Notes under the pieces: model-generated
Databases searched by the model: none
What the model was told of the DNA's origin: nothing
The model's input: the letters and a program-made list of their open reading frames with translations, nothing else
Part shown: one piece after another, positions 16,729 to 23,921 of the stretch
Layout of the letters: every line of letters begins with the position of its first letter
Position numbering within the stretch: the stretch's first letter is position 1
Source: Candidatus Nanopusillus sp.
GTDB lineage: Archaea; Nanobdellota; Nanobdellia; Nanobdellales; Nanobdellaceae
DNA length: 25,101 bases
Assembly (NCBI GenBank): GCA_028276785.1
Contig: JAPYVP010000008.1
Location: 1 to 25,101, forward strand
Direction: 5' to 3'
Position numbers and translations under genes: made by a program

Positions 16729-17202
16729 ATGGACGGCAAATATACAAACCTTGACGAAAGATTACAAGAACAAAACTTAAGACATGGAAGGAAACCATCA
16801 GAACTGCTAGAACTTATAGTAAAGCATGATCCTTGTAAAATTCCGGGATATGCTTGCATTCCAGAAAGAGAATATAGAAGAAGAGACTCTACATTCCCAA
16901 TGCCAATAGTAGAACCAGATCCAAATAATAAAAATGATGGAATATATAGGATTCTACCAATAAATCCCGAAGATAAGCTTAAACAAGGAGAATATCATCT
17001 TCTACCAATAATGGAACCAAACCAAAATAAAAATCCGGGAGAGGGGTATGTTTGGATTCCAGAAGAAACAGTTTGGATTCCTGAAAGAGGACAAATCATG
17101 GTACCACATAAATACATCCATACTAAGATTCCAGGAGAAATAGTTTATATTCCAGGACTGGGATATGGCTTTATACCCTACAAATACACTCTAAAGCCAT
17201 AA
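16729..17202 (+). CDS. MD-family protein 2 (157 aa; Pro-rich IPE/LPI repeat protein; function unknown)
   Basis: The start is reassigned to ATG 16729 (MDGKYTNLDERL...). The body has internal repeats: GIYRILPINPEDK / GEYHLLPIMEPNQNK and YVWIPEET / VWIPERG. The latter is a 21-bp tandem at 17050-17091. YIPGLGYGFIPY follows. Confidence 0.65.
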   Translation: MDGKYTNLDERLQEQNLRHGRKPSELLELIVKHDPCKIPGYACIPEREYRRRDSTFPMPIVEPDPNNKNDGIYRILPINPEDKLKQGEYHLLPIMEPNQNKNPGEGYVWIPEETVWIPERGQIMVPHKYIHTKIPGEIVYIPGLGYGFIPYKYTLKP

Positions 17203-17296
17203 AAATTATTTGACTTTTTAAATATCTTTTTAAAATGTTTTCATATTATAAAGTGTTAAATACTTTTTAAAATATTTTAATCATTATCTAATTGTA

Positions 17297-17342
17297 TCTA
17301 TAAAAGAAAACTTTATAAATGTTTCATAACAACTTATATAAT
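17297..17342 (+). promoter_or_regulatory. Shared 5' module, copy 3 (diverged): BRE/TATA AAAAGAAAACTTTATAAA, TATA at 17312-17319; no TGTGACA palindrome
   Basis: The TATA box starts 31 bp upstream of ATG 17343. The 1-nt spacing difference and in-frame TAA codons upstream show this conserved block is non-coding. Confidence 0.65.
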
Positions 17343-18059
17343 ATGGACGGACCATATGAAAACCCTGACGAAAAAATAGAAGAATTTCAAAAACAAAAGA
17401 CAACTGGAGAAATGTTGAGAGATGTAATAAACGATATTCTAAAACAATACAATATAACAGCATATGAAAATGACGAAATTCGATACGTGGGAATTAGGGG
17501 TGGAAAAGCTTATCTACTACAAAAGAAAGCTGATGATGGGTACACTACAATATCTTCCGTTATTCCAAAGCCATTATTAGAGAAGGCAGCTACCACAATA
17601 GAAAAATATATTCCAATCAACGGCCTAGATAAGGCAATTGAAGGAGTAGAAAGAGCAAAAGCTGAATTGACTCTTAAAGGGGGAGAATATATTCTAAAAT
17701 TTGATATGAGACTGAAACAAGAAAATACACAAGCAAAAGAGACTCTTGAAGAATTATTTAGAAAGACGATGAATTACTTTTTAGAACAACATGGCGTTAA
17801 AATCGATGATATTTATGGAAAAGAAAATATAAAAATCGAAAATAGTAATTATCAAATAGTACACAGCAAGAATGGAGACACTATTATATACTCTACTATT
17901 CCAAAATCATTATTAAAAGAAATAGCCAATACTGTAGAAAAATGTCTTTCTCTCAAAAGTTTAGATAGTGCAATTGAAAAAGTAGATGAAGCAGGAATTG
18001 CAATGACCCATTCAGGAAAAGATTATACTATATATCTTATTATAAAAACAAAGAGATAA
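17343..18059 (+). CDS. MD-family protein 3 (238 aa; two tandem copies of the family domain; function unknown)
   Basis: The start is at ATG 17343 (MDGPYENPDEK...). There is an internal duplication. VIPKPLLEKAATTIEKYIPINGLDKAIEGVERA (aa 73-105) aligns with TIPKSLLKEIANTVEKCLSLKSLDSAIEKVDEA (aa 185-217), about 16 of 33 identical. Confidence 0.75.
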   Translation: MDGPYENPDEKIEEFQKQKTTGEMLRDVINDILKQYNITAYENDEIRYVGIRGGKAYLLQKKADDGYTTISSVIPKPLLEKAATTIEKYIPINGLDKAIEGVERAKAELTLKGGEYILKFDMRLKQENTQAKETLEELFRKTMNYFLEQHGVKIDDIYGKENIKIENSNYQIVHSKNGDTIIYSTIPKSLLKEIANTVEKCLSLKSLDSAIEKVDEAGIAMTHSGKDYTIYLIIKTKR

Positions 18060-18098
18060 GCAAGGCTTTAGCTTATATCTAATTTTTGCTTTTTTTTC
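18060..18098 (+). terminator. Oligo-T terminator region GCAAGGCTTTAGCTTATATCTAATTTTTGCTTTTTTTT
   Basis: Two T-runs lie directly after the stop codon. The string shares AAGGC...ATCTAATTTTT with three other 3' ends. Confidence 0.4.
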
Positions 18099-18190
18099 TA
18101 AAGTTAAGTTCAATTATAAAATTTATTATTATTCTAACTTCATGTTATAAAATTGTTAAAAAAACAATATTTTTAGTTACAATCATCAAA

Positions 18191-18249
18191 AGTTGTATTT
18201 AAAAGAAGATTATTGGAGTATGAATATATGCTGATTAATTATAAGCAAT
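18191..18249 (+). pseudogene. Relic of the ogt 3' end (duplicate of 16004-16065)
   Basis: AGTTGTATTTAAAAGAAGATTATTGGAGTATGAATATATGCTGATTAATTATAAGCAAT aligns with AATTGAATTTAAAAGAAAATTGCTGGAATATGAAAATAATTTTTTGATTAACTATAAGCAAT, roughly three quarters identical by eye. In-frame it reads LEYEYMLINYKQ versus ogt LLEYENNFLINYKQ-stop. Confidence 0.55.
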
Positions 18250-18291
18250 CTCTTATAGGTATCTTTTTAGATATATATTTGTATTATTATT

Positions 18292-18344
18292 ATGTGACAT
18301 TTATAAAAGAAAACTTTATAAATTTTGTTGTAAATATATATAGT
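18292..18344 (+). promoter_or_regulatory. Shared 5' module, copy 4: palindrome ATGTGACAT (18292-18300), TATA TTTATAAA (18315-18322)
   Basis: The TATA box starts 30 bp upstream of ATG 18345. The string is almost identical to copy 1 and copy 2. Confidence 0.7.
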
Positions 18345-19163
18345 ATGGACGGCGAATATACAAACCTTGACGAAAAAATGAAACAACCACCAAATAGAGC
18401 AATGTATGAAATATATACAAGCATACTGAAAGCAATGAAAGAAGGAGGAATTAAAATCGAAGAAGGAGATAATAGCATCGTTATAAATATTGGGAATCCT
18501 AACGAAGAAAGCTATCTAACAATACTACAGAAAGCAGCTGAAAATCATACAAAAATACGCTATAAAGTTTCAGGAGAGCTAGCAAAAGAATTAGCCATGG
18601 GAATAGGAAAGCATTTTCCAACATTTGAAGGACTTGATAAACTAGTCGATAATATAAGCTATGTAGGCGTTGAAACGTGTATCAGGGATAATGAAAAGAG
18701 ATGTGAAAGTGGTAGAGAATACTGCAGGAAAATTACTACAACAATTGAGATAATAAGAAAATCATACAGAAATCCAAAACAAGATGAAACACAACCACAA
18801 CAACCAACCGAACTAGGCGTAAAATTAGCCCAAAGCGCGCTAAGAGAACTAACAAATCTTGTAGCAAATTACAATATTAGTGCTTCTGCATTTGATGATG
18901 GAAGCACATATGTAAGTAGAAAAGATAACGAAGAACCCATCTTTATAGTGTGGCCACCTTACGAGAGGGGTTTGCAATCATTTACTGTATCAGGAAAGCT
19001 GGCAGAAGATTTAATCAGAGAAATAGGAAGATATATTCCTCTTCCAAGAGATCTAGAAGAGGCAAAAAATGTAAGAGTTATATGGGAGTATTACCCAAAT
19101 GGATACGCGATAACACTCAAAACGGAAACAGAACCAAGAAAACCTACCAACTTTTCTAAATAA
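18345..19163 (+). CDS. MD-family protein 4 (272 aa; two copies of the family domain joined by a Q/P-rich linker; function unknown)
   Basis: The start is reassigned to ATG 18345 (MDGEYTNLDEK...). The track ORF from TTG 18213 runs through the ogt relic and the promoter. The repeats are KVSGELAKELAMGIGKHFPTFEGLDKLVDNI (aa 74-104) and TVSGKLAEDLIREIGRYIPLPRDLEEAKNV (aa 214-243). K-H/Y-F/I-P...GLDK matches the 17343 gene. Confidence 0.75.
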   Translation: MDGEYTNLDEKMKQPPNRAMYEIYTSILKAMKEGGIKIEEGDNSIVINIGNPNEESYLTILQKAAENHTKIRYKVSGELAKELAMGIGKHFPTFEGLDKLVDNISYVGVETCIRDNEKRCESGREYCRKITTTIEIIRKSYRNPKQDETQPQQPTELGVKLAQSALRELTNLVANYNISASAFDDGSTYVSRKDNEEPIFIVWPPYERGLQSFTVSGKLAEDLIREIGRYIPLPRDLEEAKNVRVIWEYYPNGYAITLKTETEPRKPTNFSK

Positions 19164-19393
19164 TTTTTTTCTATTTTTTCTAATAGTATTATTATATAAT
19201 AATCAGCATTTTGAAGTCTTATTCGACAATTTCTATCTAAAGCAAATGTTTATATCTTTTTTAAATTTTTAGTTCTAGTAGGTAAGTCAATATAATCTTT
19301 ATAAATACCCAATGTGATAAATAATAACGCTTATATTAATATAGATCTTCTACAATTATTTACATAAAATATACAACTTTGATTTCAAAAAAT

Positions 19394-20011
19394 TTATACT
19401 TTCAATGCCTCAAATCTTTTTTCCACTACTGGCCAATCTATATTATCAAAGAATATATCTACATATCCTTTTCTATTACTTCCATAATCTAAATAATATG
19501 CATGTTCAAATACATCTAATGCTAATATTAATTTTGAATTTTGTACCATATATGTATTCTGTTCATCAGATATACTAATTACCAGTCTATTTAGATCATC
19601 TGACCATAATAACCATGCCCATCCCCTTGCACTCATAGCAGTTGCTTTCATCTCTTTAACAAATTTTTCAAATGATCCAAAATCTTTATCTATTTGTGAT
19701 CCCAATGTTGATCCTGGTTTTCCTCCTTCTCCACCCAAATGACCAAAGTATATTTCATGATTAATCATTCCTCCAAATGCTCTAGTCCATTCAACTTTTA
19801 ATTCTCTTATCAATGAATATGTTACATTTGCTGCATTATAATCCTCATCCGTCAAATTATTTAGCTTTTGTGTTATCTCATTAAATTTCTTTACATATCC
19901 TTCATATATCTTCAAATGTTCTTCTACTGTTTTTGCTGAAATACCTTTCATTTTAAACAATTGTGGTCTCTCTTTCTTAAAATCTACCGGTTTTCTTTCT
20001 AAATTTTCCAT
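19394..20011 (-). CDS. sod: Fe/Mn-family superoxide dismutase
   Basis: DVFEHAYYLDY (the D-x-W/F-E-H-A-Y-Y box) and NHEIYFGHL are present. The N-terminal His box is atypical: EEHLKIYEGYVKKFN. Confidence 0.85.
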   Translation of the reverse strand: MENLERKPVDFKKERPQLFKMKGISAKTVEEHLKIYEGYVKKFNEITQKLNNLTDEDYNAANVTYSLIRELKVEWTRAFGGMINHEIYFGHLGGEGGKPGSTLGSQIDKDFGSFEKFVKEMKATAMSARGWAWLLWSDDLNRLVISISDEQNTYMVQNSKLILALDVFEHAYYLDYGSNRKGYVDIFFDNIDWPVVEKRFEALKV

Positions 20012-20067
20012 TATAATATATTATAACAATGTTTTATAAAAATTAATAAGACCTAAAAAATATATTT

Positions 20068-20295
20068 CTATAGGCCTCTAAGTTCCCTAATTGCTAGCCT
20101 TATATCATCTTCGTGTACAGTTTTCCTTCCTGCGTGTTTTGCTAATTCTACTGCTCTAGCTGATATTGCCTCTGCTACTTGCAATACTGATTCTACCATT
20201 GCTAATTTTGCATCCTGTCCTACCCTTGATGCACCGGCCTTTCTTAATATTCTATATAGTGGTGCCACTGGAATTGGTGTTGTTCTCTTTGCCAT
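20068..20295 (-). CDS. Archaeal histone (HMf-type histone fold)
   Basis: 75 aa: PIPVAPLYRILRKAGASRVGQDAKLAMVESVLQVAEAISARAVELAKHAGRKTVHEDDIRLAIREL. This is the classic histone-fold pattern with the RKT-V loop. Confidence 0.9.
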   Translation of the reverse strand: MAKRTTPIPVAPLYRILRKAGASRVGQDAKLAMVESVLQVAEAISARAVELAKHAGRKTVHEDDIRLAIRELRGL

Positions 20296-20388
20296 AATAA
20301 TATTATCGACTAACTAATATAAAAACTTTTTGTTTTAACATTTGTTTAAGTCAATTTAACGCGACCATAATATAATATCCCTTAAATT

Positions 20389-21270
20389 TTAGTCCATCAT
20401 GTCATAAACTCTATCATAAATATAAAAAGTTGTTTCAAATTGAGTTACTATTCCATTAGATTGTTCTACTAATATTGGGTACTCATAAATATTTCCATTC
20501 TTTTTTAGATATTCTATAAACAATTTTAAGTTTATTTTATCATTATAATCCTTATATAACCACCTATATGCAAAAGGAAGAGTTTTATATTTATTATATA
20601 TTTCCTGGAAGAACTTCTTAATATTTGGATCTCTAATTGGTTTATTAGAAATTATTGAATATATACCAGATGGTTTATCCTCTTTTACAAGTCCAACACC
20701 ATTCGTAGCAAAAGGTTCAATCGCATATATTCCTTCAGATAATTTTGTTTTTGACTTATTATCATAATTCGGTATTGTAATCCCAGCATGTAAAACATAT
20801 TGTTCTATTTTATGACCAGATAAATTATATATCGGACTATAATTATATGATTTGATTGTATTTTCTATTACTCTTCCAATTTCTGATATTTCAATATCTT
20901 TTCTTATTATTTTCTTAACATTTTCTAATGCTTTTCTAGAAGCTTCAATTAGATCTTTATATTTATTATCATTTATTTCTACAGTAAATGCCGTATCTAT
21001 ACAATATCCATTAACATGTACACCAAAATCAACCTTTACAACATCTCCTTCTTTTAATATTGTACTATCATTTACTGTAGGTGTATAATGTGCCGCTATA
21101 TTATTTATAGATATATTAACAGGAAATGCTGGAAATCCTCCCAAATCTATTATTTTTTGTTCAATAGTTTCTGCAATATTATATATACTCTCTCCAGGTT
21201 TCAATAATCCTTCAACTTCTCTTTTTACTTTTTTTGCAATTTCAGAAGCCTTTTTTAAATCTTCAAGCAT
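20389..21270 (-). CDS. map: Methionine aminopeptidase, type 2 (archaeal)
   Basis: Motifs present: AAHYTP, VKVDFGVHVNGYCIDTAFT, SGHKIEQYVLHAG, AIEPFATNG. 293 aa. Confidence 0.9.
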   Translation of the reverse strand: MLEDLKKASEIAKKVKREVEGLLKPGESIYNIAETIEQKIIDLGGFPAFPVNISINNIAAHYTPTVNDSTILKEGDVVKVDFGVHVNGYCIDTAFTVEINDNKYKDLIEASRKALENVKKIIRKDIEISEIGRVIENTIKSYNYSPIYNLSGHKIEQYVLHAGITIPNYDNKSKTKLSEGIYAIEPFATNGVGLVKEDKPSGIYSIISNKPIRDPNIKKFFQEIYNKYKTLPFAYRWLYKDYNDKINLKLFIEYLKKNGNIYEYPILVEQSNGIVTQFETTFYIYDRVYDMMD

Positions 21271-21586
21271 TTTTTATTTTCTTTATAGATGTTTCTCTCT
21301 CTAACAAATCTAAGAAATCTTTATTTACATCTTCAACATTTATTGAATAAATTTCAATTATATTATTTTTATATATATCTTTTACTAATTCTTCTATTTT
21401 ATCAAACAATTCTTCTCTCGTCTTTATTATTAATAATTCTCTATCTTCTTGTTTAATATTATCTTTTTCTAAATACAATGTTTCAACTTTTTTTATATCT
21501 ATTGATATTGCATATTTTCTTTCCAATATTCTTTTAGAAATATTTATTCCATCTCCATATTTTACTGATAGAAAGATTACAATCAT
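21263..21586 (-). CDS. Hypothetical protein (107 aa)
   Basis: The ORF's stop overlaps the map start by 8 bp, suggesting translational coupling in the truA-map operon. It has no motif I recognise. Confidence 0.55.
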   Translation of the reverse strand: MIVIFLSVKYGDGINISKRILERKYAISIDIKKVETLYLEKDNIKQEDRELLIIKTREELFDKIEELVKDIYKNNIIEIYSINVEDVNKDFLDLLERETSIKKIKNA

Positions 21587-21616
21587 ATCAATATTATTAT
21601 AGAAATATTAAAAACA

Positions 21617-22381
21617 TTATATTTCAATAACATCTTCAATATATTTATATAATTCTTTCCAATCCAAGTAAACCTTTTTTAATGTTAAATATCTTGGGTC
21701 TGCAGGAAATGGTTTTGGTTCTAAATTATATATAAAAACTTTTTCAATTAAATCTAAAGGAAACAAATTATAACCTACAGAGATTAAAAATGTAATTATC
21801 CTTCTTATCATTTCATATAAAAACTTATTTCCTTCAATATAATTTATATAAAAATCTTTGTCTTCAATTACTTCAAACTTTGTTATATGACATACTGAGT
21901 CTTTTACTTTACCTTTTGCAAAATTGTGATAACTTTTCATACCTATAAAATGTCTTGATGCTTCTATATATTTATTTATATCAAATTCTTTTTCTTCAGA
22001 TTTTATTATTATTTTTTCATTGTTTATTAAATATTTTGGTGTATATTTTTTCTCAAACAATTTTTTAGGTAATTTATATTCATATAATTTACCTCTAGAA
22101 AATTTCCTAATATTAATAAATTCTTTTAATTTATATACATTCAATATTTTTATATCATTATTTTGAAAATTTGAAAAATCTATATTTTTATCTGAAGATA
22201 TAACAATATAATTTTCTTCCGCATTTACACCTTTATCAGTTCTTGAAACAATTGATAATTTAAATTCTTTTATATTAAAATAATTTAAAATTTCTCCAGA
22301 AATTGTTCTTACATTTTTTTGATATGCAATTCCATGATAATTTTCTCCATTATATTTTATTCTTAATAAATAGCTATACAT
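21617..22381 (-). CDS. truA: tRNA pseudouridine synthase A (TruA/Pus1-like)
   Basis: The N-terminal LRIKYNGENYHGIAYQ and the catalytic-Asp motif SRTDKGVNA are present. Its start overlaps the DUF72 stop by 8 bp. Confidence 0.85.
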   Translation of the reverse strand: MYSYLLRIKYNGENYHGIAYQKNVRTISGEILNYFNIKEFKLSIVSRTDKGVNAEENYIVISSDKNIDFSNFQNNDIKILNVYKLKEFINIRKFSRGKLYEYKLPKKLFEKKYTPKYLINNEKIIIKSEEKEFDINKYIEASRHFIGMKSYHNFAKGKVKDSVCHITKFEVIEDKDFYINYIEGNKFLYEMIRRIITFLISVGYNLFPLDLIEKVFIYNLEPKPFPADPRYLTLKKVYLDWKELYKYIEDVIEI

Positions 22382-23105
22382 TTTTTATTAATTCTAAAAA
22401 CTCTTTTGCATTTTCATACATCATTGAATTATTGAACATTACATAGCTATCTTTTTTATTATACTTTAATACTTTTTCTTTTATTTTATTCAACTCTTCT
22501 TTCGAATAATTATAATTATATATTAACCTATTACCCTCATGTAATCCATGTAATCTATAATATTTTATATCAGAATCGTATACCGGTTCTTCAACATTTA
22601 TATCTACAATATCTATTAAATTAAATTCTTTACATATCTTTTCTCTATTTTCTTTACTCCAACCCCTTAATTCTATTGCTATTCTATATTTTTTACTAAT
22701 CGAATTAAAGAAATTATACGCATTTTCAATATTTTCCTTTGTATCTTTAAATGAATTTGGCAATTGAATAACAATTATATTTGCTCTTAATATATCTGCT
22801 ATTTCTTCTTGTTTTTCCCAAAATTCAAATACCTCTCTAGTATTTCTCAAATATCCAACTTTTCCCTTCAATTCTTTATAATTTTCTATTTTTGATCTTT
22901 TCCATGTAAAAGAATTTACATCATGTGTAATACCTTGAAATGCCTTAAATGTAAATTCAAAATTTTTAGGTGCTTCTTTTCTTATTTTTTTTACCCATTC
23001 AATATCTGGTATTGAATAAAATGTACTATTTATTTCTATTACATTAAATTCTTCATAATATTTTTTCCTTGATATGGGAAATCCACAAGTTCCCACTTTT
23101 ATCAT
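22374..23105 (-). CDS. DUF72 (UPF0759) family protein
   Basis: MIKVGTCGFP...YYEEFNVIEINSTFYSIP is typical of DUF72. 243 aa. Confidence 0.8.
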   Translation of the reverse strand: MIKVGTCGFPISRKKYYEEFNVIEINSTFYSIPDIEWVKKIRKEAPKNFEFTFKAFQGITHDVNSFTWKRSKIENYKELKGKVGYLRNTREVFEFWEKQEEIADILRANIIVIQLPNSFKDTKENIENAYNFFNSISKKYRIAIELRGWSKENREKICKEFNLIDIVDINVEEPVYDSDIKYYRLHGLHEGNRLIYNYNYSKEELNKIKEKVLKYNKKDSYVMFNNSMMYENAKEFLELIKNV

Positions 23106-23140
23106 AAAATATTATTTCAAAAATTATGTATAAAAGAACC

Positions 23141-23213
23141 CGGGCCCGGGGGGATTCGAACCCCCGATCTTCGGGTTAAGAGCCCGACGCTTTACCGACT
23201 AAGCTACGGGCCC
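23141..23213 (-). tRNA. tRNA-Lys (anticodon CUU), 73 nt, no encoded CCA
   Basis: The minus strand folds as GGGCCCG TA GCTT AGTCGGTA AAGC G TCGGG CTCTTAA CCCGA AGATC GGGGG TTCGAAT CCCCC CGGGCCC G. This gives a full cloverleaf with an all-G:C acceptor stem and T stem and an anticodon loop C-T-CTT-A-A. TTTATAAT lies about 26-33 nt upstream on the minus strand. Confidence 0.95.
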
Positions 23214-23246
23214 AATATAAATTTTATGATAAAAAGAAATTATAAA

Positions 23247-23825
23247 TTATTCTATAATATAATCTTTTATTTCTGGTATGAAATTTTTTATAATTTCTTT
23301 CTGTTCCTTATTTAAATTTAAATCTTTAACATTTATTAATATCTTCTTATTATTCTCATCAATATTTACATCAATATTATTTTTAGAAATATTATGTGTT
23401 ATACTTAATATTCCTAAAATTTTTTCTTTTAAATCTGTAACTTCTCTATTCAATTTTATTACATATAATAAATCTTTACCAGCATATGGATGGTTAAAAT
23501 CTACAATAACTCTCCCACTATTTACAGATCTTATAATACCAACCATATTATCTACATTTACAACTAAATTTGGTATTGGATTTATATTTCTCTTATAAAA
23601 TTCGCTAATTGGTATTATTTTAATTAGGCTTGGATCTCTCTCCCCAAAAGGCCTTTTTAATAAAAAGTTATATTCTTTTCCATATTCTGCATTAATTAAC
23701 TTTTCCTCAATTTCTTTATTTAATATATTATATCCCAATGGTATTATTACTGGCTCATTTGTTTTTTCCAATAATCTATTATCTTGATCATATATTGAAT
23801 ACTCAATTTCAACCCACTTTACCAT
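23247..23825 (-). CDS. FKBP-type peptidyl-prolyl cis-trans isomerase (SlyD-like, with insert-in-flap region)
   Basis: Motifs present: VEIEYSIYDQDNRLLEKT...PVIIPLGYNILNKEIEEKL...PFGERDPSLI...GRVIVDFNHPYAGKDLLYVIKL. Confidence 0.85.
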   Translation of the reverse strand: MVKWVEIEYSIYDQDNRLLEKTNEPVIIPLGYNILNKEIEEKLINAEYGKEYNFLLKRPFGERDPSLIKIIPISEFYKRNINPIPNLVVNVDNMVGIIRSVNSGRVIVDFNHPYAGKDLLYVIKLNREVTDLKEKILGILSITHNISKNNIDVNIDENNKKILINVKDLNLNKEQKEIIKNFIPEIKDYIIE

Positions 23826-23921
23826 TGATGAAAAAATCTAAATAAAGTTTATATAAATTATTTAAAGTTTTTGATTATCTAAAAAAGATAATTTTATTAA
23901 TTTTATTTTCAAAAAAATTTA

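Noticed and set aside
18950-19159. 69-aa K/R-rich ORF in an alternative plus frame overlapping the 3' end of the 18345 gene
   Set aside because: It is entirely nested in a longer ORF whose frame carries the internally repeated domain. It has no promoter of its own, and the basic composition is what an A/G-rich region gives out of frame.
20068-20295. Histone gene visibly more GC-rich (about 40%) than its neighbours, a possible horizontal transfer
   Set aside because: The other strongly conserved or highly expressed genes here (the S-layer fragment, ftsZ, the tRNA) are also GC-elevated. The Ala/Arg/Val-rich histone fold forces GC-rich codons. Composition alone does not support transfer.
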